Source: Perkinsus chesapeaki ATCC PRA-425
Lineage: Eukaryota > Protista > Perkinsozoa
Direction of reading: 5' to 3'
DNA length: 64,000 nucleotides
Assembly: GCA_013115145.1 (NCBI GenBank)
Contig: JAAPAO010000111.1
Location: forward strand, 10,341-74,340
This document shows positions 35,001 to 47,556 of this stretch, in pieces. The notes under the pieces were generated by a model. It was not told the origin of the DNA, ran no database searches, and saw nothing but the letters and a program-made list of their open reading frames with translations. The position numbers and the translations under genes are program-made. Position 1 is the first letter of the stretch, and every line of letters begins with the position of its first letter.

Positions 35001-35642
35001 GCTGTTGACGAAGTAGAGCAAGCGAAAAAAGAACAGCATGAGTTGGAGGTGAAGAGAGCTGCGCGGGCAGAGGCACTTGCAGCGGCAAAGGCAGCGAGGA
35101 AGGAAGAGGAGGAACAGAACGCCCGAAAGAAGGCCAGAACCGAGGTACCCTCTCGGCGAGACGATGATGCATGATGGCTGCCAATTTACACAGGCTTCAT
35201 CGACGTCCATATTCGGGTCTGATCTGGAAGCTGATGACTTAACGAAGGCGGCCATTGAGAAGAGGTCTGCTCTATTGCGTCAACAACAAAAGGTGGGCCG
35301 GGGGCTCGGAGCTGTCTTTCCCCTCAGTGCTTCTGTGGCGGTTAGAATTCGTCACCTCGGGCCACATCACAGCCGACGGAGCTAGACCTCACCATGGGTG
35401 GGCTGCAGGGAGAGTATGCGAGGCGTCATGTACCACAAGAACAAGCAGCGGAGGAAGAAATCAAAGTGAGGTGTGAAAATGGATTGATGTTGATCTTGTT
35501 TTGATAGGAAGATGAGCCCGAGGATCTCGCATGGCCAGAGGTTCCGATGGGGCAATACGAGGAAGTCGAGGAGAGCAGTTGGGTTCCACCAGATGATAAC
35601 GACGAGAAACAAGAAGCACTGCGGAAAAAATTGGGATATTAA
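32010..35642 (+). CDS. SLC4A1AP: Kanadaptin-like FHA-domain nuclear protein
   Basis: YREPEWSG, then the FHA domain YFLFGRDPAVCDIPL...SSRHHAVLQF...LYDLNSTHGTVVDGKRIPP. Also DEDDDYYDQ, DSLDAYM and the typical terminus SSWVPPDDNDEKQEALRKKLGY*. Confidence 0.8.
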
Positions 35643-35699
35643 CGCCCTCATCGATACTGTTGAGTTCAATTGCTTAATCAGCCGAGCAAGCGCAGATAT

Positions 35700-36420
35700 C
35701 ACATTAGGATCATATGGGAGATCAATCAGCTCTATTCCCGCCTATTAACGACCAAGTGCGAGTTTCGTGGGAAAACTGCCTTTCGACGCGCCCTGCGAAG
35801 GTTCCGAGTCCAATAGCTATCCCTTCGCTGGACTACTGCTTTACCACTCTTCTCGAATATAGGATCCAGACTACATCACGCAGTAGCACTTCAAGATACA
35901 GTCTTCGAGGCAGTCGCTGCAAGTGAGAATATTTACTATACTGAGCTATTTAAGGTGTATGCTACTTCCAGAAAGTGGAATCTATTCAGGCACATAGCTA
36001 ATTGTAGTTGGATCGCTTCAATCGAGTAATTCTAGTGATCCTTGGAGGGCCTTGCGAGCTTCCCAAAAGCAAGCTAAGAGACGGACATCATCCTTAGGGG
36101 ACTCGGCCAGAGCTACGGCTTGGACGAGTAACAATGCAGGGCTGTAACAGATCAACCACAATGGGTCTGCCGAGCCAGCGGCGTCACAAATAACAGCGTT
36201 CTTAGAACACACATGTCAAGAAGCTGAACCGTGAGGGAGAGCACGAATAAAGAGCGCCAAGGCTTTGACCAGGTGCGGGTGGCCGGAAGGCACCCTGGCC
36301 GTGCATAGGAAGGCACGCTGCTGGACAGGCATGCCTGGAAACTCTTGAGATACACTCCGTCAGCTGAGGTCCGGCGCACGCGTACGGACAAAACTACTCG
36401 CTACGTGATGGTGCACCGCG
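35700..36420 (-). CDS. Possible small hypothetical gene
   Basis: Protein-like segments LLVQAVALAESPKDDVRLLACFWEARKALQ and LQRLPRRLYLEVLLRDVVWILY; structure unresolved. Confidence 0.25.
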
Positions 36421-37005
36421 CAAGAGTAGGGTAATCATTCTCAGTTCCCCACACTTACTGGAGTCCCAATATGACTGCATACTCATGCTATGATAGCACC
36501 GGCAAAGTCAAACGGAAGTACACAAGAGAATATTGTCTAGCAAATGCATGATGCCTCAACACGATATTCAGTGCCCTTATCCTGTACGAAGTGCTGCTTT
36601 CTAGTCACCCCAAAATGAACTAACAGGAAATCCTTATGAAACAAGGCTTAGTAGTAAATAGTCCTGGCATTCGTGCGAAGTGGGGATAAATTCTTGAATG
36701 CACATTCTGCCTAGGAGAGCAAAATGCTGCACACTTCCTCACGTGCGTGCAGGCTTCATCGGATTTCGGTGGGTGCTACCAAAGTTTGCTTTGCAAACTA
36801 CACAGGCATAAACTTGGCCCACGCGCAATATCAGTCCTTGTTGACGACGTGGCCGTGCATGATCGGAGAATTATTGGAAGTTGATTAGTTAATCCAGGAA
36901 GCCTAGGTAGGATTCGGCCTTGCACTACGTACAACTGCGTACCACTTCATCCCACAGCTAAATCTTGCATAGCTGCGGCGTTGATCTTTAGTTAACTCAA
37001 GCCAG

Positions 37006-37389
37006 GTGAACATGAAGATTTTCGTCTTGGCTTCGCTACTGGTTACCAGCACTGCTGCTGATGGTAAATGCACCGAAGCGGAGCAGAAGAAGATATCTAC
37101 TGCTGCCTTCTCTGAGTATCTCTACTACTGTGGTGAAAAAGCACTCATTGATCCCTCTAAGATCCCACCTTGCATCACGCAAGGATGTAATTTCACACAG
37201 GACTGTGCGAACTGCTTCGGTGACTCGGGGAGTTGTGTCCTGAAACATTGTACTCTCGATTGTGTGACTCCAGCGAGTGACAAGTGTGTGGAGTGCATGA
37301 AGGCGCATTGCGATGACAGTTTGCTCGAATGTACGGGTATCTCAAAACCACCGCCTGCTCCTACTAAGACATCAGAGCAATGTTCTTGA
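37006..37389 (+). CDS. Intronless secreted cysteine-rich protein (127 aa, 14 Cys)
   Basis: Signal peptide MKIFVLASLLVTSTAA; regular Cys spacing (CxxC pairs CANC and CVEC) and a Pro-rich tail. Confidence 0.88.
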   Translation: MNMKIFVLASLLVTSTAADGKCTEAEQKKISTAAFSEYLYYCGEKALIDPSKIPPCITQGCNFTQDCANCFGDSGSCVLKHCTLDCVTPASDKCVECMKAHCDDSLLECTGISKPPPAPTKTSEQCS

Positions 37390-38500
37390 AGCTCCCCTGG
37401 TATACAGGCTTGGTGCCATATATTTCTGTGAGAGCAAACTTCTCAGTAGCCTCTTCGGCGACGTTCACATTTTTCACTTGATTCATCTCGTGTATGCTGA
37501 ACGCTCTGCCATTCGATATAGCCTCTTTCTTTGTTGGGGGAGTTATCTTTTCACAAATCAGTGAGCTTTGCTGCAGTCAATCCACGGGCTGGTCCTGATC
37601 GCGAATCGTCCCTTGCCATCGCCAAACTCGAACACGGGGTGCCCATCGAAGGGAATGACATCATGGAAGCTATATTGCCTACGCTAGGAGTCTGTAGTTA
37701 GTATTTCTGACTGCCCTCATATTATGAGGATTATACCTCTGTCGGAGCTCGCATCTTAGCTCATAATAATGCGCGAGCTCCGACAAAGCATATCAGCGGT
37801 TGGTCGCCAACCGCTGGTGTGTGCATTGTTCGGTTGGTCTGGGGACAATCTAATGTCAAATCCGTCCATGGCGTATCATACCGTCAGAGTCCATCGTCGT
37901 ACATGGGACTGAAAGCCGCTAGACGTGAGAGACGTTGCGGCCCGAGGTATTACACATGGACAGCAAGAGGTAAATACTCATAATCATCGGTTTCATTGGC
38001 TCCATACAATTGACAGTAGTGCTGAACTCGCGACTACACTACTCTGCAGCTACCCATCCAACCCTTGCTCACAACTTCTTGGTTGTGTGAGCGGATTCTA
38101 TTCGTACAAGAGTAAGGGTCGCTCTACAGTGGTGGCACTTTCATTCGATGAGCTATACAGGGGCATAAGATACTATACAGAACTCTACTATAAGACTATA
38201 CATAAGCCGGACATAAGATCGATAGTACTAGCCGTATTAGGCGTTGGACCCTGGGCTTACGCACGCGCAGCTGGAGGAACTCCTAAGGAATTTAAGGACC
38301 CCTACATTACGGAGGGTAGGATGTTATGAAGGTTCTGTACTGTCCAACTCTACATGCGTGACTTTTGAACAACTAACACCACTTGAAAAGTCAGTCCACT
38401 TATCGTAACAACTCAGTCACTAACCTGCTTTGGAAAAGTTTTCTCGCTAGTGTGCTACACTGTCAGTTTTGCAAGTTCGGCGGGCGTCATGTTCCAGTAA

Positions 38501-38860
38501 CAACTGCGTATACAATGAGCCGCTCATATAATGAGATAGGTAGACAACTGCGTATACAATGAGCCGCTCATATNNNNNNNNNNNNNNNNNNNNNNNNNNN
38601 NNNNNNNNNNNNNNNNNNNNNNNNNNNNNNNNNNNNNNNNNNNNNNNNNNNNNNNNNNNNNNNNNNNNNNTTCTGCGTATACAATGAGCCGCTCATATAA
38701 TGAGATAGGTAGACAACTGCGTATACAATGAGCCGCTCATATAATGAGATAGGTAGACAACTGCGTATACAATGAGCCGCTCATATAATGAGATAGGTAG
38801 ACAACTGCGTATACAATGAGTCGCTTTAGATAGGTAGACAACTGGGTATACAATGAGCTG
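38501..38860. repeat. 44-bp tandem minisatellite interrupted by an assembly gap
   Basis: Unit caactgcgtatacaatgagccgctcatataatgagataggtaga starts at 38501 and 38545 and continues after the N-run; the last copies are degenerate. Confidence 0.95.
38574..38670. other. Assembly gap (N run)
   Basis: Run of N inside the 44-bp array; true array length unknown. Confidence 1.
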
Positions 38861-39049
38861 TTTACACAATGAGATGGTTCATCCAGGTAGCGTAGCCTGA
38901 GTCTCGCACGGCGGGCATAGAGGCTGCAACGAGAACGAAAAGCTATACAATATACACCATATCCCTGAAGCAATTCGCCTGGGATACCTCGATGAATAAA
39001 GGCAAAAGAATGATGGACAGAATATGCAGCTTTATATTGGGTAGTGATA

Positions 39050-39835
39050 TCATGCTATCCTGCTTAACGGCAAAGATGCGCTTGCAACTTTCACATACAC
39101 GGTATTCGGAGTACCGGCTCCAACATCCAGAAGATCACCGGGATGTGGTCCTCCGATATTCGCACATTTCGCGTGGATATCATCGTAGATCTTCATGACC
39201 TCACCGTCGGGGTATGAGACCGTAGACGGATCACCGTTACGACCAGCTTTCAACGGGAAGGGCCCAAAGGGGATCACGTTGTGAGTTTGCCCATCACGGA
39301 GACATTCAACCCTAAAGTCGACGGAGAGGGAGCTAGAGCTACTCGTGGTGGCCACGGTGATGTTCGCGGTAATGGCGAAGCCATCGGCCCTATCGCGGTG
39401 CTCATAAACACCTGCGTAAAGTTTGTCGTAAGACATTTTCAGCGTCTTCATCTTCATGAAAAAAGATATAAAAATGACATTAGTCGGGTACAAGGTGATG
39501 AAGTTGAGACCAGTAGGTATTGCGAGCTTATATCTGGGGCAGTTCTCCTCTATCTCTGCGTACCACGACTGAGGCTCCCCTTTCAGGCCAACAACTTGGA
39601 AATAGTCCATACCAATACGAGTAAGGTTCCTGGTAATTGGGTCCTTCAAGGCAAGATGGCCGTCACAGAAGATGTAGATTGAGACCTGACTTCGCTCGTT
39701 GATGGAATAACCGATTTGTAGGTTTTCTTTCTCTCTTCCATCGTAGAAGAATAGGCCAGGGCGAAGGCCATGAAACACACCACACACCAAGGTGATCCCG
39801 GTCAGAAGGAGTGAGATAATCGGGCGGTGAGCCAT
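39050..39835 (-). CDS. Intronless secreted protein (261 aa) with two internally repeated domains, Perkinsus-type family
   Basis: Signal peptide MAHRPIISLLLTGITLVCG. Two units each begin with L-x-x-G-x-(F/Y) and carry two Cys. Unit 2 ends KCANIGGPHPGDLLDVGAGTPNTVYV, similar to paralog A's KCGALIQIADDDLKSLTYNRAPNTLSV. Confidence 0.85.
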   Translation of the reverse strand: MAHRPIISLLLTGITLVCGVFHGLRPGLFFYDGREKENLQIGYSINERSQVSIYIFCDGHLALKDPITRNLTRIGMDYFQVVGLKGEPQSWYAEIEENCPRYKLAIPTGLNFITLYPTNVIFISFFMKMKTLKMSYDKLYAGVYEHRDRADGFAITANITVATTSSSSSLSVDFRVECLRDGQTHNVIPFGPFPLKAGRNGDPSTVSYPDGEVMKIYDDIHAKCANIGGPHPGDLLDVGAGTPNTVYVKVASASLPLSRIA

Positions 39836-40885
39836 AACGCTTGCGGTCAGTAACCTTAATAGATTGGACTAGTATAGCTGCGCCCTGAGGACTCCTGAGG
39901 GCTCCCGGCCGCAGCTTACCGAGCTAAGGAAATAACTCACATACATCGCGTGAACTGTGATCACCACTGCGAGTCGGCCGTGCTGTGACCATTTAAGTAG
40001 TGGCGTTTTTAGGTTTGTAACATGAAGCAAATAGATCATAACAGGTGGATATTTAATCGCGACCACTTCTAACTTGCTGGGTATCACGAGGAGCAAGCTT
40101 GTGCGTGTGACGCATTTTCCGATGAAGTATCGCACATTCAGGGGCCACTGTAGAACTCTTCCCGTCCTCAGTCGATCAGCATGATGAAAATAACTTTGCA
40201 AACGAGACCCTCAGGTCCGGTGTCACCGGACCGGTGAAGTTGTTTTCCAATCGAAAATGATCACTAATGTCTCTATCGTGTCATGTATCTATTCGGAAGT
40301 GAGTTGTGCGTTTTAGCGGCGGATTGTGACCAACGGCTTCATTTGTGGGCCATCCTCCAAATGCGGCTCCCACTGTGCGGAGAACGAGCGCATCGATCCA
40401 CCAATTGATAGTATCAACATGATGCTACCGTATGAGGCTGCAGGCTAAGATAGAATTGTTCCGGTGGATTCACACCTCTGAGTGAGTCACCAATTGTGAA
40501 TAGTGGAAAAGACAACCGTCCGGATTCAATGCTTTGTTCGTCGCTCTAATGCTATCTTTTTCTTCCATCGAAATGCTCTACGCCTTCGGAGTTTCTACGC
40601 GATATTCTTGGGAAGGATTACTTCTACACAGGTATGTTGCACACGTGATGTATTCAAAACAAAGAACCTGCCTTCGAACTGTAACCCTGAGAACTTGGCT
40701 AGGAGGAGTCTCTTAGGCAAGTATCTTCAGACATAAAAGAACGTTCTCAGGTGACTACTGCACGGCTGGTCATTCTTGCTATTTTGCCGTGTTCGAAGCC
40801 GCGGTACGGTTACGATCAATGACTCTATAGACTTGGCGATTTGGAACCATTTAACAAACGTAGAGCTAGGCATGAATGAAACGTT

Positions 40886-43800
40886 CTATATCCGCAAAGA
40901 TTCATCACGATTCAATGCACGTTGGTCCATCACTGCTAGGCTTGGGGTGGATGATGAGACCTAAGAAGGACAGCTTAAACCGATATTCCCAATGTGGCAA
41001 CTCACTCGAAAGGCCTTGGGCCCACCTCCTCGAGAAGGGAACCGTTGCATAACTTCGGCGTCACTACGTTGGCGGAGTAGAGCCAGGAGAGGATCCATCA
41101 AAGAGGTCTCCCTACTCGACTGTCGTTCAGATATTTGCTCCTGTCAGAATTGACGTTACGAGATGGCCAAATATCTTAGACTTACCCAAACTCGGCAGAT
41201 GCAGTCCGCGACATCATTGTCTTCGCCAAGAGGGGATGCCTTAAGCACTTCTACCCATTCGAGTTGGTGTCGAAGGAACCAGTCCGAAATCAAAGACCTA
41301 ACGCATTTGATAAAGCCAGGGATGTACCACAAAAGCTAACGTACACTGCGGGGGTGTAGTAGGGCAGCCTCATCAAAGTGACCGCAGCTATCAACAGCAG
41401 CTCCTCGGGAGAGTGATGCCCCTCTTCTAGGAGCTGCCGCAAACCGTTGTACTCGATGAACGTCCGTGCAAGCGCTGCCGATCGTTGAACGATAAGACTA
41501 AGGGTTGAGAGTGCTAACGGTGACCTCGAGGCGAGCAAAGCCTGAGAATAAAAGATCCAGGGGCGGCACGAAGGTCGCGACTAACTTACAGATTGAATAG
41601 ACGGCCAGTCAGCCTCCATGGAATCCTCGATTTTCCTGTCACTGGGGGGAGCCAAACGTAGTACAAGGGATAGGAGACCAAGGCAGAGATAACTTAAACC
41701 TGATTCAACATCTAAAGACGGGATCGGAGGGAAAGGCCGTCACCCTTCGTGGCGGTGCTCTTGCTGAGGACTTCGCGGAATACGTAAAGGAGAGGTCCAT
41801 CCAGAACAGTATCGATGAGATCCTCGCATGAAGTGGAGGTCAACCGGAGCAGCAAAATCAAACATATAGTCAACCTAGAAAAAACAAAGTAACACTCTAA
41901 GCACTAATGCGCTTGTCTATACGCATGCTCAATGACACTATCAGGCAGCTCCCGGAGCTTGGATGGAGAGCATGCTTTAAGGAAGCCTCTCAACCATTCG
42001 GCTGCAACAACACCTGAGCCCAGCAGAGTGACTGAAGGCTGCGAAGTCGCCGCGGAGCTCTACCTGATGAAGATGTTGTTTGTCTGGCTATGTGCCCGTC
42101 TGATCCAAGGGCCGAGACGCTACTGGCGACGGTGGAGCGTGCGTACAAGAGAGACATAAGCCTCGACACTATCTGAGAAACGGTGAGTTTAAAGAAGGCC
42201 GGAATGGTATGATCCTACGGGGAAAATGTATGGCGACCGATTAGGTCCCCCCTCGCCGACCAGGGATAGCGATGCTTCAGCCAAAACATGCAGTGTTGGC
42301 TCCGATGAGGGAAGATAGACCACCGCCGTGTTAAGGAACTAAAGGTGAGACCAACTTGTGAAACGCGAAATGCCGAATGAGAGCGTTGTTACCCGTATAA
42401 CGGAGTTCTGTAGGAGGTCGGCACCAAGGAGCACTGACTGCCGTGTGTTTTGCGCGGATAAGAGGGCCAAAGCTGGTCGATAGACTTCTTTAGTCGAGAG
42501 TGTCTGAAGGTGTTGAGGAACTGCAGTCAGTTTGCGAATCTTAACGTTACCTTGACACCCCTGAGGAGCGGCGGATCCACCTCCTCACCAGTCCGCGGAA
42601 CGTCGATCTTGAAGTCTCTAATAACGTTGACAAGATATCTCTCAGGGTCACACATTCCACCAGGGAGCCGATCGGCTTCGATGGCGGAGCGCAGAGACCC
42701 CACAAGGATTGTTCGGAACTGCTCAGGTACATCCGGCGGCTGAAAAATGAAATGTGAGATTTCCTTCGCGTGGAGGCGTCATACGTCGAAGTCATCGGCT
42801 TTGCGGAGAAGTCGGCCTATCAGCGAAAGCATCAGTGGCTGCTTGTCCTTCCTGCTGAGGCCGTTGAGGAAGGTCGCCGCGACGTCTCGGAGATCCTCAA
42901 CGTTGGAGTTTCCTATACAGTAGGACAGCTCGGCTGCCAGCACTTCGAGCAGCCTCCCGGCGAAGATCGGGTCGTCTCCCTCCAGAGCTATTCGCAGGGT
43001 ATCGTAACGACTCGGCCACGCAAAGGAGACATAACGCAAGATGGCCGCCTTGAGGATGTCCTTGCCCGATGCCAGAAAGCCGCAGACACATTCCACAGCG
43101 AAGCTGTAGAGAGCTGCGGCCCCTGTAGCGGAGGCAGGTGGCGGGTTGTCCAGCAAGAAGAAGAGGGCGTCGAGACCGGAAAGCTCGCCAGATGAAGTAT
43201 CTCCAATATGGTCCTCCCCGCCGGTCAGGAAGAGAAGGGTGAGATCGGCATCACAACGGTTAAGAGTGCTCAATGCCAGCCAGCGAGAGGCATCATTACT
43301 AATCCTGCCGAACTTCTGCAGTTTGCTAGGGCTCCACGTAACGCATCTGTCTACGTAACGTACTAGACCTTCACCATTGGGAACAACCGGGCGTTGGTCC
43401 ACTTGTCGAGCGACTTCTCGAAGGAGGAGCAGCCTCGAGAGATCATTGCGGGCGTCATAGCGGCAAAGACTTGTCACGCTGCATACCGGCAATAACGAAT
43501 CGTACCGCAGGATCTCGCCAGCTGAGTCGTACACAGAGCCGGAGCCAGAGGAAAGGAGAATACGGCCGAGGGCCAAGGATGCTTGCCTAGGCATAGAGGG
43601 ATGAAGGGCAAAGGTAGCTCTAATGGCCTGGGGGGCTCGAGCGCACATCGCCGAGATAATGGTGAGACCAGCTCTCGTACTAGCATGGCGGCTTTGAAGT
43701 AGATGGGCAACAAGGGGAACTCCATCAGGTGTCTTGCCGAGCTCAACTTGCTTATGTGCTACCACGCAATCAGGAACGTTACGAGGGTCGCGCTCGAGGC

Positions 43801-46800
43801 AAGCAGCGAGTAGTTCGACCGCAGTCTCTGACAAGGCCTCGTCCTTAGAGGTAATGGCCGCAGCAACTCTAGAGAACACCGGTGACTCCAGGGTTAAGAG
43901 ACACTTTGTGGCGTAGATGAAGGCGTCCATATCCTGGGAAGGGGCAAGAATCATCCGAAGGAGCCATCTGATAGATAGAAGCTGAACAGAGTCCGACGTC
44001 CTCCCACCGTGGAGTAGGAGACGGTTAACCTAAGGTCCGAAGATATCTCACAAGGCAAGGTGAAGGATACTTACCACATGGTTGGTGACCCGCATCCAAG
44101 CATCTGCCTGACCGGGGGCCCACCTTTGAGATTCCGGCAAGCGATGGAAGAGCGATATCATCAGTCTTAGTAGGGCCGCCGATACACCAGATGGCGAGAT
44201 CTGAAAAGTGGACGATGACGCTTCCCACATTTACAGCAGTTCTCCTCCCTACTCCATTCTCGTGGGGCGGAACTGAAGTGAGCAGAGTCGTCTTCTGCAT
44301 GATGGCCTGGAGCACAGCTCTAGCGTGGGCAGCACTATCGACTCCTCGTGGTCGAGCGTATGCCAGGCCCGTCAAACACGCAATGGTAACTCTGAGCAAC
44401 ATTGACGATAAGGCCAACCGGCGGCAGCAGTTGCTGGCTCACTCATTTCGCGCTAAGACGGAGTAAGGCGGAGCACCAGTAAGAACTTCGACAAGAGTAG
44501 TGCCGCCTTGCCATGATCCCACCGAGCTCTGACAATAACAAGCATACCGAGCATCGCACAGCTACTGGAGGGCTTACCTCCCCCACATCCGCGCAGGCCG
44601 ATAGGATCCTCACCAGCGCCGGGGCAACCAGCAAGACACCTTCCGAGGCCTCATCGTCGTCTGCTTGCAATGAACCAGATATGGCACTTTGCCGCACCTG
44701 AGGGGGAGCTCACTCGGGCCGCAGACGCGAAGGTCTTCAGCTTACAGCTTTGAGAATCTTGCGTAAATGGTCATGCATGTTGGCAACGTTGAACCATGGA
44801 TTATGGTGGTGCTCCAGCTTGTGGACAAACTGAACGATATGATGCTAGATGGTGATGATGCCAAGCGCGCAAAAAGTTACCTGTTTCACTGCAGGCTCCC
44901 CTTGGGGTAGTCTGGTGACCATACAAGTGCACATGTCTAGGATGGCCGCATATTCCAGAGAAAGGAACAATGTCACCACATGTGGCTGGCCGCCATTGGG
45001 ACCATAACCAGGAGGGAAATCATAAGGGCCGCCACCTGATGATGAGGAGAAGAAGGTCGACGACTAAGCAGTGGAGGGATGACTCATCACCTCTACCGTA
45101 CTGACCGGGTGCTGCTACCGCTGCTGCTGCAGCAGCTTCTGTGATGGTCGCTGTCGGATGAAAGTTCTCCGTCTTATTCAGAACAACATCCTTGTACTTG
45201 AGGCACATACTCTCACTCTGACCTTTATCAGATACCTGCACTAGGAGTTTCCCAACTGCTGCTGCTGCTGCCGACACTTCTGTTGATAAGGCCGACTTAC
45301 CAGACACAGCCTAGTGATTATCTTAATGACCATGATTTGCAGGTAGTTACGTGCGGGACGATAGGGCAGGTTAGCAGCTTGAGGAGGCGGTAAAAGATTG
45401 TACTTAGTCCTGGCCAAGAAGCATCGAACCAGGCGCCAAGATGACAACAGACGTACGCGTGAGTTTCTAGTCTCTTTAGGCTGGTCCATCGGTGCAGAGG
45501 TAGCACTAGTGCTGACATTATAGAATCTAATATACGTGAAAGGACCAGACCAGGACTGGTAGAGGGGCTGGCTGCGGCCGATAAAACACAGGGTGTGACT
45601 TCATCTTGAATCTGAAGGCGGGAGCAGCATCATCATCGAGAAGCAGCAGCATCAGCAGCAGCAGGACACAGGAGCCTACGTAGCCAAGGATGTCCCAGTA
45701 GACCAGGGCCGTCCTCTCGATCTTGCTACTTTCCTCTTCCTTCCCGCCACAGCCGTACATGCCCTGATGAAGCCACCATTCACTGCAGACTGCAGCGATA
45801 CGAGGATACTTACAGTGCAGGCGAAGGCAAGGAGGCGACCAGTGTCGTAGTCAGATGACCAATACTCGCTACCGAACTTGTTAGTTACGCTGCTGGCAGG
45901 CTGTCGAGCTTCCTTGGCGGGTGCGGTGGACGACGGATCTGAACAGTTCTTCAAGTGGCATGCCGGTGGCATGCTCTTGCCTGTGTGTGCCATCGTGTCC
46001 ACTGTGAGCTGGGACTGTAACTTCTGCATTCTATTTTTACTAGGAGCTAATGCAGCCATCACAGCCAGTGCCATGTACAATGTCAACCGCTGCGATAGCC
46101 GCACCGGGCCAGTGGAACTGAGATAGAAGGAAAGACTGTAGGTGAACGGATAGAGGATGCCGTGCCCATTCTAGAGGGAGACTAATTATTTTATCACCGC
46201 ATTAAGAGCGCCGCCTTCTGCCTAGATAGAGCCCGTATCGCAATACATGGTCACCGACGACACATGGTGACGATGGAGGAAAACTGCGAGGGAATTGTTC
46301 AAAATCTGGGTACATATTTTACTGCCCGGCGTTCAACGTAAGCTGGTATGACTAAAGTCATTTACATACTCTGCTTGCAAAACTGGCAACACACCATGTG
46401 CAGCGAAAGCGAAATATTCCAGGAGTGAGCGATAAAGAATAGTGTTATCCCGTAGAGGGCTTATTGTAATGTAGCCTCGGCTGGGAAGTTTCCAAGCCCC
46501 CCTGCAGCGAACTATGCGTCGCTCGTGTCACCAGCTGGGCGTACAACATTCGAGGTAGGCTATCAGAATGCCACTACCTTACCTGATCTCCCCGGTTGCG
46601 TCCTCTTCTGTATGATCGGTGACAGTCATTCCCGGTGCCAGCAGTTCTAGATCCCCCAGTACGAAGGGTACAGGAGCAGACAGCGACACTGTGGAAGCAA
46701 CCGTCTGAGGAAATGAGGGAAAGGCAACAATGCTGATGAGCAGCACGATGTACTTGTGGAATGAGAGCCAAGGCGGCCTCGATCTCATCAGTGCCAGTGA

Positions 46801-47500
46801 CCTCAATAAGAGCGAAGGCCAGAACACAGCAATCGACCAAAGTAGTCGTGATGGGTCGCACTAGGTAACTGGTAACAGGGAGTCGTGGTGTTACTAAAGG
46901 TGGATGCTGCCTACTCTGAGACTTTCTGTGGCACGCCCATCTGCCCTTGTAGCTGCTGTGTTCCCTCCAACGAGGCCAATACCGATCCTATGCCGGTGCA
47001 CAGAGACTTAGCCAGACCCAGGCGCCCTGGAAATGAGTACCGATTATAGCGCGTGCGCAGGGACAGTCTACCTAGCTCCCTGACTATCATTCGCGCCTCA
47101 TACTGGCCACGATCTGCAGTGGACAAGATGTCCTTTAGACACAGGCAGAGATGATACCACTCTCGCAAGAACAATCGGACCTGTTGAGAACTGAATGGGG
47201 CCAGAGACACCAGGACTGGCGGCACTCACCGCTAGGTCAGTGACCTCCTTTGTATTCTCCCTACTATCATCCTCAGATGCCTTAGCTATCCTCATAACAC
47301 TGTCTCCCATCACCAGACTAATAGCTTTACCCACCAATCCGCACACCTAATTCGTTGGATGCCCTAACAGGTTCAAGCCACCGGTGCTGCCTTACAGCAT
47401 GCTGGTGCAGCTTGGTTAGCTTGGACACAGTGTCGACCACTTGAATGCTGCTCTCAGACATCAGCAGGCTCCACTCGTACCTGTCACCAGAGATGGCCTC
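40886..47500 (-). CDS. Large multi-exon ARM/HEAT-like helical-repeat protein; boundaries approximate
   Basis: Long Leu/Ala-rich helical exons (42779-43954: SETAVELLAACLERDP; LLVAPALVRILSAC; LIVQRSAALARTFIEYNGLRQLL; MDPLLALLRQRSDAEV) are linked by GT-AG introns, including about 46140-46573. Confidence 0.6.
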
Positions 47501-47556
47501 CGTAGTGCATGGTAGGCAGAGTCCTTTACTTTTCTTTCTCAAGTGTCAACAATGAT

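Noticed and set aside
37925-38329. 134-aa ORF as a gene
   Set aside because: GTG start, no signal peptide, domain or splice support; left unannotated.
38501-38860. CRISPR array
   Set aside because: Head-to-tail repeats without unique spacers, eukaryotic context and no cas genes.
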